Part shown: in pieces, positions 24,897-37,379 of the stretch | Layout: each line of letters opens with the position of its first letter | How positions within the stretch are numbered: the stretch's first letter is position 1 | NCBI RefSeq assembly: GCF_018350175.1 | Contig: NC_058368.1 | Coordinates: 130,636,001-130,700,000, forward strand | DNA: 64,000 bases | Source: Felis catus | Taxonomy: Eukaryota | Direction of reading: 5' to 3' | The notes under the pieces: model-generated | What the model saw: the letters and a program-made list of their open reading frames with translations, nothing else | What the model was told of the DNA's origin: nothing | Databases searched by the model: none | Position numbers and translations under genes: made by a program

Positions 24897-26876
24897 TGTT
24901 GTTCACATCTTAATCCCTGGAATTTGTGAATATGTTATCTTACATGGCAAAGGGAACCTTGCTGATGTGATTATTCTAAGGTACTTGAGATGAGGTCAAT
25001 GTAAAGGGATCCTTATAAAAGGAAGGCAGATAAAGGGATAATGAGAGAAGCAGAGGTGTGATTTGAGGTCATGAAACTAAGAATGCAGATGGCCTCTAGA
25101 AACTGAAAAACGTAAGGAAATAGATTCTCTCCCTTACCCTCTAGAAAGAATGCAACCTTGTTGACAATGTATTTTTAGGACTTCTGACCTTCAGAATTTG
25201 TCTCGTTTTAAGGCACTCAATCTGTGTTAATGTCTTATAGTAGAAATAGGGAAATAGCACATAACCTACCGAGTTCTGCCCATTCTATTAACCGGTTAAA
25301 CGTGTGATGGTTTTGCAGTACATTTTTTTTTTTATATTTAATGATTAAAAAAAGTCTGAGGCCAAACATTTAGAAAGAAACGAAATTTGGAAAAAAGGTT
25401 TACAAGAGAGTCCAGGATTTATCAGGATTGACTCAACAGCAGAGAAATGCATGTTATTTACAGGAAACATTTATTATGCCAAATTTTCTGACTTTATAGT
25501 TATTTTGTTCATGATGGAAAAATAGTAATGTTCTTACAAGATTATTATAACTGAAACGTTTTTCAGATATACGCACTTATCAGCCTTGCAAAATTATTTG
25601 GGGAGTCACTGACCAGAAAGCTTTATTATTTCTTTTGTGTTGGGTTTAGAGCTAGACAGGATGAATCTGTTATTTTCCACTTGATTTTGTTTTTATTTTT
25701 TGTTTACCTCCAAATTTAAAGTGCTTTCCCCTCAGGTCCTGATTATAAAATATAACGTGCACGTACTCATAATGGCAGCAGGACAGAGTGCCAATTTTTC
25801 TTAGAAATATTTTAAATATTTTAATATCCATCTGTCTATTAATCTCATTACTTTTAATACCCATGCACTATTCACTTTGATGGAAGTAGCATAATTAATG
25901 TTCTCAATTAGCTATCTTTGAACATTGACATTGTTTCCATACTTTTGCTATTATAATTAACCATTCAGTACGCTTTCTTATAGTCAGATCTTTGTGATCA
26001 TTAATAACTGTTCATTAATAATAGATTTTTAGAAGTTGACTTTTGAAGCAAATGGTCCATCCACGCTTAAGCTTCAATTCTATACTTATGAACTGTATGT
26101 TCTATACTTACATCCTAAAAAAGAATATTGCAGATTAGGCAGCTCATCAAGTTAACCCAGAGAAGCCATCCTAAGGTTAGTTCATTCTCAGGTTATTTTA
26201 AGCCTTTTTATCCAATCTGAAAATTAATCAAGCCTCCCGTTTGTCCTTTGCTATATTGATTATATAGACTTTTGGTCATCATCGTACCTGCTGTAGTACA
26301 GGGGACAAAAGAAGGAAATTTCAGAAATTCTTCCCTGCATTTTTTCTCTCATTACTAAGTCCTTGGCCCATATGAAGCCTATCAACGTTTCTTAAGTGAT
26401 TATCTGGTAGGAATAGCTAACTACATGGATAAGGTAATTAATTACACAGAGAATAATCCAGTTGTTTTCCAGTCACTGGCCTCTTCCTCCATTTTTTCCT
26501 ACTGAATAAGAAACCTTAATTGAGAGAGTAGTAAAGACATGGCACTTGTTAGCCTTAAGGCTAATACACTGCTCTGGAGTGCTTGGGCTCATGATGGTTC
26601 TCCAAGTTTTAACTAGCTAAGAGATGATACCTATTGTGAAATAATTCAGAAGTCTGTAATTACCTGAGAAAGGCTACTTAGCATGCAATAGGGTAAATAT
26701 CTTTTGAATTTGGTTGAAGAAGAATATACAACTCTAGCCCTTCATGAAACATATCACATTTCCCCAAGTGTATACTGTTCTTGGTTTTGTTTGTATATTC
26801 TCAAACCATTTCAGTATTCTGGTGGAAGAGCTCAACCCAATGACAAGTTATTAAATTAATTAAAGAGTCAATTTGA

Positions 26877-27085
26877 GGGGCACCTGGGTGGCTCAGTCGG
26901 TTAAGCGTCCAACTCTTGGTTTCAGCTCATAGTCTTGATCTCATGGTTCTGGAGATCAAGTTCTGCATCAGGTTCTGTGCTGAGAGCACCAACTCTGCTT
27001 GGGATTCTGTCTCTGCCTCTCTTTCTGTCCCTCCCCGGTTCTCTTTCAGTCTCTCTCTCAAAATAAATAAATCAATGTTTAAAAA
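26877..27085 (+). mobile_element. CanSINE (older subfamily)
   Basis: TSD AAAGAGTCA(A/G)TTTGA. Confidence 0.95.
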
Positions 27086-28899
27086 AAAGAGTCAGTTTGA
27101 TTAAAACTTATAAATAAATTTCAGTCACTAAGCATACTCTATGGGAAAGTAAGTTTGGAATGGTTAAATTACAACCCACCCAAGCTGCCTACAACCACTG
27201 GGGGTAGAGTGAGGTAGGTGTTTGATATGGGATGTAGGTGCATTAGAATGTATGAATAGTTTTATTTTTAGGAAAACACTATTCTAAATTAAACTCATCC
27301 CTCCCCAAATGGGAGGAAACCTGAATCTCTCCCACAGATACAGGGAAGATCAGATGGTTAAGTGATATTTTTATATCATCTGATTTTGAGTCACTATAGG
27401 AAGCAAAGCCATTTCTGGAGACAGATATTCCATTGAGAATACTTTGAGGTACAATACAGTACTTTAAATCTTAGTAACTTAAAATTCTTCCATGCACTAT
27501 GGATGGGCAGCAACAGGTTAAAGATCTTAGGTTCTAAGCTCTATCAATATAATTAGTTATTATTTTGTCTTAAAGGCTGATGTTTGAACAATTTTAGGCA
27601 GAGAGATTAGAAATTCCCTACCATTTGAGGACACCTAATATAAAATTATTATTCATTCAGAAGCTGACCTGCATTAAAGAATGAATCTGTGAAGAAGTCA
27701 ATGGACTAGGCATCCATAATCAGAACAAGAAGAAACAGGGGTAAAGCTTTTGAAGAAAGACACATGACTACATTGAGGAGGAATAGAAATTTCATCAGAA
27801 TGATACTTGTACTTCTGAATGCATTAGTGTTCTTCACTAACTGTAAGCTCTCTACATATCCTATTCCATAGTGTGTAAAACAAAATGTGAATGGTTAGAC
27901 AATCACGATACACCTTTGCCAATTTTATTTCCACCCACACAATTCTAAGTTCAAAAAGCCTGGGAATTTTTATAGATATATTATCTTCAAAAAACCATTT
28001 GAAGAAATATTGGAGTTCCTACTATGTGTCAGGATCTGCTAACGTTTCAAGCCCTGTCATTGCTTTCAGATATACAGGGAAGATTGTTACATCCTACATT
28101 AAGTAACTCTCCCAAAACGTTGACTTTTCTAAGAAATGTAGATTTTCAAGGTTGAGTAACTTAAGATACTCCAGTGGCAAACACAGAAATTCATTTCTGT
28201 CCCATGATATGCTTATAACTGTGGTCTGTGTGGTTATTTTCCTCTATTGTTCCCTTACTCCTCTCAAGAAAGCTCAGCTGAATTATAATAATTTAACCTG
28301 TTCCCTAACTTGTTGTAAGTCTTTCCCTGTAACATGCAGGGCCAACATTTTCAAAGGATCACACTGTCTACATTATTGTCCTTTCTCTTTTGGAACCGGA
28401 CACTTATATTCCTTGCCCAAATTCCGTTGCCCAAATTCTGTTGTGTTCCATATCTGATAATGTATGAGTCACTGTTCAAACAAATACCCCATACCTTCAT
28501 CACTTGGAGAAGACAATTACACCTTGAAGGTCCCCTTTCCTAAATCTGAAATGTAATGTATGGCTAATCTTGATAGAGTTTCCAATCTGACACCTTTTCA
28601 CAGATCTTGTCACTCCATCTTTTGTTAGGGACACAACTATAAAAAAATTGCTGTATCTATTCCCTCATAACATGTGCCATAATGACATCCCAGTCTACAT
28701 TCTATAGTCTTGAAACTCAGTTAATTGTGCCAGAGGTAGTCTCTACTGACTTGTCAATTTTCCTCTTTCACATATAACAAATAGTTTGTCAACACCCAGT
28801 GCTCAATAGTTTCAATTATTTTTCTGTGCATTATTTTTTATGAGTGACCCCTTATCTTTAGTCTTAAAGGTCCCCCTTGACAGTTAGCTGTTGTTTAAA

Positions 28900-29041
28900 G
28901 ATTCTGATATCCAGAATTCTGACATTCAGGATGCACCCTGGTCTAATTAAATCAGAATTTCTGCAAGTGGGATCCAGGCATCAGTATTTTTCCAAAATCC
29001 CCAGATGGGTCCAACACAGAGTAAAGTCAGGGAATCTATAG
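28900..29041. mobile_element. MER5-type hAT-Charlie relic
   Basis: TAAATCAGAATTTCTGCAAGTGGGATCCAGGCATCAGTATTTT...CCCCAGATG. Confidence 0.7.
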
Positions 29042-29134
29042 GTTACATGTTTTTACTCTACATGCTCTCTTAATATAAGGTGAGAGAGACCTCCTTTATA
29101 AAAATTTGAGATGAAGGAAAGATTTTTTTCCCCC

Positions 29135-29275
29135 AATGAACAAATCACTTCATTTCTATGGGTCTAATATTTACTTTCTTTAAAATGGAAATAATAATAG
29201 CATAGTTGAAAGAGTTATTTTAAAAAGTAAACTACACTATGCAGTAAAACATCTTACACAGAGGAGGTGTTCAAA
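29135..29275 (+). mobile_element. MIR fragment
   Basis: CAAATCACTT...TAAAATGGAAATAATAATAG core. Confidence 0.6.
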
Positions 29276-30083
29276 AGACATTTCAGACATTTCTCATTCT
29301 TGGAAGGAGAGAGGGTATAAATTATTATTTAAATATAAAATCAAGCACTGCCTGTGAATGCACCCTTATTCGGCTGTCAGTAAACGTGTATTTCTACACC
29401 TTTTGAATTTTCACTATGCTTTATCAGAACCAGATGGTGTAATCTAAGCTCTACTACTCTGTAGCTTTTAGGATTTCACAGCATATCTGTTTCCAACTCT
29501 ATCATCAGTAATTCACTTTATGCAATTATAAATTCAAAAGGAACCGTAAAAGCAACACAGGAGATCAGATAAATTAGAGTCCTGAAATGTCATATTTCTG
29601 TTATGTTTTTTTGCATTCTATGATTTAAGGAAGAGTTTTTAAAATGCATTCCAAGTTATAGATAGAAACCAATCATATTCTTCATAGAAGTTCAAACTGT
29701 TAGACACACTGTGTTCATTTTTACTGGTTCATCCAATTTGTTACCTGCACTTGAGAAATGCTTTAAAATTTTTTTAAAAATCTTTGATTAGATTTCTCCT
29801 TTTCTTGTGTTCCCTACTTTCAGATAAAATGTGGTATTCTTTGAGATCTGGGTGTATCTTTTTCAAGTCCTCTAGGAAAAAAAACAATGCCAAAATGAAC
29901 AAACATGCATCTGGGCACTTTTGAATTATGATTAAAAATAAATTATTTAAAAGATTTGTTTATATATGAGAATAACATTAAGGCATAATAGTGATGCTTA
30001 ACAAATTTCTATCAACCAAATCACTCAAATAAAAGCTGGTAAATATTATAATCAGACCGAAACAATCATACCATTCTAAACTC

Positions 30084-30329
30084 TTTTTTTTTTTAATTTT
30101 TAAAAATGTTTTTATTTATTTTTGAGAGAGAGACAGAGCGCAAGCAGGGGAGAAGCAGAGAGAGGGAGACACAGAATTTGAAGCAGGCTCCAGGCTCTGA
30201 GCTATCAGCACAGAGCCCGAAGTGGGGCTCCAACCCACAGACTGTGGGCTCACAGTCATGACCTGTGGGCTCAGGTCATGACCTGAGCCAAAGTCAGACG
30301 CTCAACTGACTGAGCCAGCCAGGTGCCCC
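30084..30329 (-). mobile_element. CanSINE with an internal ~21-bp duplication
   Basis: CTGTGGGCTCACAGTCATGAC CTGTGGGCTCAGGTCATGAC. Confidence 0.95.
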
Positions 30330-30379
30330 ACGTTCTAAGCAGAATTTTAATTTCTAATTTTCATCAAAAAGAATGCTCA

Positions 30380-30593
30380 GGGGCACCTGGGTGGATCAGT
30401 CGGTTAAGCATCCGACTTCAACTCAGGTCACGATCTCGTGGTCTGTGAGTTCCAGCCCCGTGTCGGGCTCTGGGCTGATGGCTCAGAGCCTGGAGCCTGC
30501 TTCCGATTCTGTGTCTCCCTCTCTCTCTGACCCTCCCCTGTTCATGCTCTGTCTCTCTCTGTCTCAAAAATAAATAAAAGTTAAAAAAAAAAA
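30380..30593 (+). mobile_element. CanSINE
   Basis: Full element; TSD AAAAAGAATGCTCA / AAAAAGCATGCTTA. Confidence 0.96.
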
Positions 30594-31087
30594 GCATGCT
30601 TAACATCAATACACAAATAAAAAGCATCAGATTGCTATATCCTTAAAGAATCTTACATCCTGGCACCCTGGGGCTGAAAAATTGTTACGAAGCTACTTTT
30701 AAGCCCCAGGGGTTTACCTTATGGAAACCTTAGATGAGAAGTTAAATGGGATTCTGCTTTCTATTTTTCATCTTCGATAAGCCCAACTTGAAAAAGCTAC
30801 ATAAATTTTATACACAGAATGCAGGGATTCAAACATTAATATAAATTCTGTCACCTCCCTGATCTTCCACCCCAGAGACCTCCCACATGTATCATGGCTT
30901 GTTTCCTCATGAGTCAGGTCAAGGTTTAGTGTTCTAGGACCTCACTGCCAATTTTTAAGATCTGGCCCACAGGTTAAATGGATGTGTCATCCTCGTATTA
31001 TGCAGAAGTAACTCCTCACATTTATACTGTTATCTACTCTTGCAAATTTACATACCCTCTTTCAATCCCAACAACAAGTACATGAAA

Positions 31088-31200
31088 TGCATCCATCGAT
31101 TTATGAACACATATTAATTCTGTCAAGCACTGTGCCAGGTGCTGGGTTTATGATGGAACATAAGACGACAGTCCCCACTCACATGGAACTTACAATCTCC
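31088..31200 (-). mobile_element. L2 3' end
   Basis: AAGCACTGTGCCAGGTGCTGGG...CATGGAACTTACAATCT. Confidence 0.7.
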
Positions 31201-31215
31201 TTTTTCAGCGACACT

Positions 31216-31793
31216 GTATTAGTTTTCCACTATGGTGTAAAAATTACCACAAAATCAGCAGCTTGAAACAATAATTACCAGTTGCTCACAATTTTGGAGG
31301 TCAGAGATCTGGCCAAGGCTTAAGTGGGTTCCTTGCTTAGTATTTCACAAGACCCAAATCAAGGGAACACTCTGCTTAGAAGATTGTTTGGGTAGTTGAC
31401 AGAGTTCTACTCCTCGAGGCCATGGAATGGAGATCCTTGTTCTCTCTCTGGTTGTTAGGGTTCACGCTCTCCTGAAGGGATCCTGCATCGCTTGTCACTT
31501 GCCTTCCTGTATCTTACAGCCAATAAGGGCCTGGTGAGCTCTTCTCATATTTGGAAATCTCTGACTTCAACTGCTACCACCAAAGAGAGAAAACTCTGCT
31601 TTGGAAGGACCTAATGTAATGAGGTTAGACCCGCTCAGATAATCTACCTTTTGCCATGTAATGTAACATAGTCATCAGAAACAGAGCATGCTGTCTCATC
31701 ATGCTCACAAATTCCACCCATACTAAAAGAGGAAAGTATTATTCAATGCTGGTAGTCATTTGGGGAGGGGTGATATTAAAATTCTACCTAGCA
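31216..31793 (-). mobile_element. MaLR solo LTR (MLT1E/F-like)
   Basis: TGTATTAGTTTTCC...AATTACCACAAAATCAGCAGCTTGAAACAA...CTCACAATTTTGGAGGTCAG...AAAATTCTACCTAGCA. Confidence 0.8.
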
Positions 31794-31920
31794 AAGTGGA
31801 ACACAACAATCTGATAGACAATTTAACATTAAATAATAAAATGCTATGAAGGGGTGAAGTACACAGTACCACAGACACTAAGCATAAAGACCTAACTATG
31901 TTTCTGATGCTTTGGAAATA

Positions 31921-31936
31921 CACACACACACACACG

Positions 31937-31970
<34 letters not shown>
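31921..31970. repeat. (CA)7(CG)5(CA)13 compound microsatellite
   Basis: Direct read. Confidence 0.98.
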
Positions 31971-31971
31971 A

Positions 31972-32180
31972 TTTTTTAATGTTTATTTATTTTTGAGAGA
32001 GAGAGACAGACACAACATGACCAGGAAGGGGCAGAGAGAGAGGGAGATAGAATCTGAAGTAGGCTCCAGGCTCTGAGCTGTCAGCACAGAACCCGACAGG
32101 GGGCTGGAACTCATAAACCATGAGATCATGATCTGAGCTGAAGTTGGACACTCAACCAACTGAGCCACCCAGGCTCCCCC
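31972..32180 (-). mobile_element. CanSINE
   Basis: Full element in reverse. Confidence 0.95.
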
Positions 32181-32960
32181 AAAATCTATTTATGATAGAT
32201 TATTAAAGAGGAAAAGTTACAAATCAGTATTGTTATATGAGTGTGTATATACAGAAATACTTATAATTAACAACACTTGATGGAATTAATGTAAGTTTAA
32301 TCTTTAAATTTATGTGTATTTTCTAGTTTTTCCATATTAAACATGTGTACGTGGTACACTGAACAAGTACATCTTGTGGAATGTGGTCATAAATACCTTC
32401 TGTCTCCATTGTCCCTTTAAATTTGCTAAGCGGCACGTTATTTCTGTTGGCCAAGGGCTATGACTTTTCTGTTCACCTTGATGTCACCAAACACTCTATT
32501 TAGTATTTCAAATATCAAAATGCTGAACTTATTCTTTTATCTTTCTCCTCCAAGGGCTAAGAACTGCTAGAGGCTAGGCGTCCTACAATGGGGAAGAGAG
32601 GAAGTGTGGGTGGCAACTTCTTTCTTTCTCTGCCTAGTGGTTCCACACCCCCATCTCCAGCTGGACCACTGAGGTTTCTGACTCTTCCAGGGATGGCGTA
32701 CAGGGTGGGAAGAGAGGGAAGAGGGGAAGAAAGGTCAGAGTTCTGAGTGATAACTTTCAGCTAGTTACCATTAAAATTAAAGAGAATGCTTAAAATAAAT
32801 CTGTTTTACAGATACCTTGGTGGGTCTTCTGGAGAATTTCCTGCACTGGGGATCTCTGATTTCCCATTCTCAACAACTAGAAATTATGCATTTTGTTAAC
32901 TTGTTTTCTGCTGAGTTCTCTTTACCCACGATGGAAGACTGGACTCAGAATACAAGCATC

Positions 32961-33078
32961 ATCAGGCTCTGTGCTGTCAGTGGAGAGCCTGCTTATCATC
33001 CTCTGTCTCCCTCTCTCTTTGCCCCTCTCCCACTCGTGCTCGCGCTCTCAAAAATAAACAAACAGTAAAAATATAAAA
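32961..33078 (+). mobile_element. 5'-truncated CanSINE
   Basis: Starts mid-body (ATCAGGCTCTGTGCTG); perfect TSD AGAATACAAGCATC at 32947-32960 and 33079-33092. Confidence 0.93.
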
Positions 33079-33942
33079 AGAATACAAGCATCTGTTCCCA
33101 ACATTGTAGTTCTCAAATCTCTTTTAATCTCCAGCAACCTGAACTTTTTAAAGCCTTGATGTAGATTAAGAATTTAAAAGTCATAATTTGTTTTTAATTT
33201 TTTTTATATTTGTATCTTGCCCAGGCACATCATTTTAGAATGTCTTGCCTACAGCGTCTTGACCTGAACACACAAAAATCAGTCACTATTTCCAGTTTAA
33301 CACCATGCCGATTATTACAGTACTATGATTCTCTTTAAGATGACAAATGAGATAAAACAATCGGCAATGGGGTCGAGTATTACAAAAAATCAATGAGCAA
33401 TAGGAAAAAAGAAGTCATTGGATCTATCTTCGATTTGTAGAGCATTTTCAGCAGAACAATGGGAACAAAAGGTAAATTGCAGAAGGATGATGAGGAAGAG
33501 ATTATAAGGAAATACACGTAGATGGCTTCCTTCCTATGGGGGTTACAGGAATCCTAATTTCACGTACTGCTAAACACAAGAGACCCTGCCAACAGGTCCT
33601 TAAGTAGATTCTGGACTCACCAGTTCCACTCCACCTCTCGTCTGCCTATTTGGCTCCACAACCCATTAGATGGGGGTTTGTAAATGGACATTCTGGTTTC
33701 CAGAAATATGCAGGCTGTTACTAAAGGGAGTCTTCTTCCTAACCCTATACCACTTCATTAAACACAATCTGAAAGAAACCAACCACATCCTGAAGGCCAG
33801 TCATTCCGCCCCTGAGAATTCTTTGCAGAACACTTTTGAAACAATTGTTTCATTAGGTAAACACTGTAAGTTGGTATGGGAAGGGGTTTGGAGGAAAGAG
33901 TTAACACAGTATGGACCCGATAAGTGGAAAAACTTGATTTTT

Positions 33943-34177
33943 TTACATTTTATTTTAGAGAGAGAGAGAGTGTGCAAACAGGGGAGAGGGGCAGAGGGAG
34001 AGAGGGGAAAAGGGGGAGAGGAAGACAGAGAGAGAGAGAGAAAGAGAGAGAAAATCTTAAGCAAGCTCCACATTCAGTGTGGAGACTGACAAGGGGCTCG
34101 ATGCCACAACCCTGAAATCATGGCCTGAGCCAAAATCAAGAGTCAGATGCTCAAGCTACTGAGCCACCCAGGTGCCC
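33943..34177 (-). mobile_element. CanSINE (older subfamily)
   Basis: TSD GAAAAACTTGATTTTT at 33927-33942 and 34179-34194. Confidence 0.95.
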
Positions 34178-34546
34178 TGAAAAACTTGATTTTTGACAGA
34201 AGTTAGAGGTCAGGAGAAGAGGAAGGGGGAACAGTACACTTAGAAAGAGACTCAGTAGAACTGAGAATGGGCATAGAGTCACGCTGGCTCCTTTGGCACA
34301 AAGATGTAGACAGCCTTCTCTCTAGAGTCACGGATCTTTCAGGATGTTTTTAACATGAAACACATATGTACGATGTAGAATTGAGTGGGTCAGAAAAAAG
34401 GCTAAATCTCAGTTTTTCCTAACATTAGCTGCATCTTCCCAATGGAGGAAAGTGTTATTGAAGCTAATGAATTTCTGACGTTAATTACAAAAGAATGATC
34501 TTGGGGACTTCCAGGTTACTGATGCTGTTGGATATTTTTCTTAATC

Positions 34547-34775
34547 TTTTTTTTAATGTTTATTTATTTTTGAGAGAGAGAGAGAGAGACAGAGAGACAG
34601 AGCATGAGTAGGAGAGGGGCAGAGAAAGAGGGAGGCACAGAATTCGGAGCAGGCTCCAGGCTGTGAGCTGTCAGCAGAGAGCCTGACACGGGGCTCAGAC
34701 TCCAGAACGCAAACCTGTGAACTGTGACCTGAGCCGAAATCAGAGGCTTAACTGACTGAGCCACCCACGCATGCC
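34547..34775 (-). mobile_element. CanSINE
   Basis: TSD TTTCTT(A/C)ATCTTTTT. Confidence 0.94.
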
Positions 34776-35774
34776 TTTCTTCATCTTTTTATGACAATGT
34801 CAGAGTGATAATATTCATGGGACTTTAGGGCCAACTACTCACCCGATATTTTACCCATTAGCTTTCTATCACTTCTTTCTCCCACTCTCCAATCTCCCCG
34901 TGAGCTCACAAGGAGTTGTGTGTCTAAAAGCTTCTATGTATTTCACCAAAATTCTCATAAAGGACAAGTATTTTAAACCTAAGGAGGGATTATTATCTTG
35001 TTTCCAAGTGACAGAAACGGTCACCAAAAGAGGCTCCGAGGGAGAGGATGTAGTTTGTTTCGGGGCTCAAGTTTTCATATCCTATCACAAGTAGCAGAGG
35101 TCAGCATGGCCTTTCCCAGATTACAAGATTTAAATTGTTGCTTTGGCTCACAGGATCAGTGCTTGCACAGGCAGTCCTTGCCAGAGACACAACCCCTCAG
35201 CTCATTAACTTTCGTATTGTGTTATTTACATGCCAGGCACCCTTTCAATCAAAACTACTCTCTGCGGTTTTAAACTTTGGGAAACACATAATCCCAGTGA
35301 GTAGCCTTTCCTACCGGCACCAACATCTGAAGAGCCACATTAACATGTTTGTGAAAGGAAACTTTAAAACCATAGGAAGGTAGAGAAATTACTTCATTTA
35401 CACATCCCTTCATCCTCTATCCGATTTCAAGCAAACTCCTTTTTCAACTCTGAGAATCTGCACATCACTTCTAATACACGTGACCCATCTCAAGCTTGCC
35501 AGACTCACTAATTTGTAAATAAGATTTTGGAGTCCCAAATGATGTTATGTGAAGCTATTCCGTGAATACATAACATCAAAAAAAAATAGTCATGTTGCAT
35601 TTGTGAAGTTTAACAAGTCATATATATATGTACATATATATGCTTACATATTTATGATATATAGATTTGTATAGTGAAAACATGTATGATATATATGGAC
35701 TTCATATCATATGAAACAGAATATGACAACTCAAAATATGTCTTTTTGCATAAGGATTATTTTGAGATGATTAT

Positions 35775-35881
35775 TTTTTTAAGTGTGTTTATTTATTTTG
35801 AGAGACAGAGAGAGAGAGAAAGAGAAGGGGAGCTGAAATCAAGAGTCAGATTGTCAACTGACTGAGCCACCCAGGTGCCCC
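35775..35881 (-). mobile_element. Internally deleted CanSINE
   Basis: Tail and GA tract join directly to the head; TSD TGAG(A/C)TGATTATTT. Confidence 0.9.
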
Positions 35882-35974
35882 TGAGCTGATTATTTCTGAG
35901 AACAAGCAGACACAAGGTAAGCTCTAAAAACAATATAATTTACCCTTTTGTAATAATTTGTATAAATTGACATT

Positions 35975-36369
35975 TCTAAGGGAAATCTCCATTTTGAAAC
36001 ATATTTCTCTCTCTGTACCTGGAAGAAAAGGATGAGTCTATATCAGAAGAAACTTTCATCAATAAAGAACATGCCAGAAGTAACCCCACATAACCACCTA
36101 TCTGTTTTTCCTGATAACCTTTCATAAGTGACGTCCACATCCCCCAACATCTTTCTTCTGACTTTAGCTGAAGATAGTATTTAAGAGGATGATTTGGACC
36201 ATTTCAGGCCTTTTGTTTAGTTTTCCTGAGCATAAACTGTGCATATATAAGATATACATGTTATTCAACTTCCGCTTGTTTTTCATCTCTAATCTGTTTT
36301 ATATTAGAGGAAGGGTCTCAGCCATAGAACCTAGAAGGATAGAAGGAAAATTATTTTTCCTTCCCTACA
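35975..36369 (+). mobile_element. ERV1-type solo LTR (MER34/CarLTR-like)
   Basis: Ends TCTCAGCCATAGAACCTAGAAGG...TTCCTTCCCTACA; TATA-like TATTTAA; possible 4-bp TSD CATT/CATA. Confidence 0.72.
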
Positions 36370-36478
36370 CATACATATATAAACATATAAATAAGCACAC
36401 ATACCAATATATAGAGATCTGTGTGCTTATATATGTATAATGTATAAATACATGTCAATATGAATTTATGATAATCTA

Positions 36479-36631
36479 GGGGCACCCGGGTAGCTCAACT
36501 TTAGTTCAGGTCATGATTTCGTGGTTCGTGGGTTTGAGCCCCACGTCAGGCTCTGTGCTGACAGCCTGGAGCCCGGAGCCTGCTTTGGAGTCTGTGTCTC
36601 CCTCCCTCTCTCTGCTTCTCCCCCACTTAAG

Positions 36632-36677
<46 letters not shown>

Positions 36678-36697
36678 AATAAATAAACATAAAAATT
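36479..36697 (+). mobile_element. CanSINE with long (CT)n
   Basis: TSD TTTATGATAATCTA; small deletion after the A box. Confidence 0.95.
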
Positions 36698-37128
36698 TTT
36701 ATGATAATCTATATAGAGATGTCAATATATCTATTGATATATGTATGCACATGTATTATAAATATATATAAATAGAATGTTCGTATACTTTCGGTACCAG
36801 CTGGCCATTCTTTTCTTCCTTTAATGAAAGAATTGTCACATTTTAGATGGGCCCATGAGTGCTGAGAATAAAGGAGACACTTCCAAGCCTCCCAGGTAAC
36901 TGCCCTTGTATCACTAGAAGAAAACATGTGAGCATTTTGTTTTTATAATTGCAGGTGTAGAAGCTTTCCTAATATCATAAAACATTGAAAATTCATAGAA
37001 AATGCAGATAATATAGGGAGAAAAAAAAACTGACAAAATGACAACCCTCTGAGAAAATTACCAATCATAATATTACCCAAACAAACAAACAAACAAACAA
37101 AAAACAACAAAAAAATCCCAACAACACA

Positions 37129-37262
37129 GGGGCACCTGGGTGGCTCAGTTGGTTAAGCATCCAACTTAGACTCAGGTCATGATCTCACAGCTAGTGAGTT
37201 TGAGCCTCTGTTGGGCTCTGTGCTGATGGCTTGGGGCCTGGAACCTGTTTTGAATTCTTTGT

Positions 37263-37297
<35 letters not shown>

Positions 37298-37327
37298 AGA
37301 AATAAACATTAAATTTTTTTTAAAAAA
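37129..37327 (+). mobile_element. CanSINE, preceded by (AAAC)n
   Basis: Typical head, CT tract, A tail. Confidence 0.94.
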
Positions 37328-37379
37328 GATCATTTTTCTTAATGTATTAAAAATCTCAGCAGGTCAAGGACAAAATGTT

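Larger units (their letters stand above)
22486..25261 (+). mobile_element. Complete ERVL-MaLR provirus (MLT1D-like): 5' LTR 22486-23141, internal 23142-24632, 3' LTR 24633-25261
   Basis: Two homologous LTRs (CTTACATGG.AA, CTTGAGATGA), outer TG...CA ends, perfect 5-bp TSD TAACC at 22481-22485 and 25262-25266. Confidence 0.88.

Noticed and set aside
32555..32945. Possible ancient LTR or Gypsy-like fragment
   Set aside because: Compositionally suggestive only; no termini, TSD or recognisable consensus.
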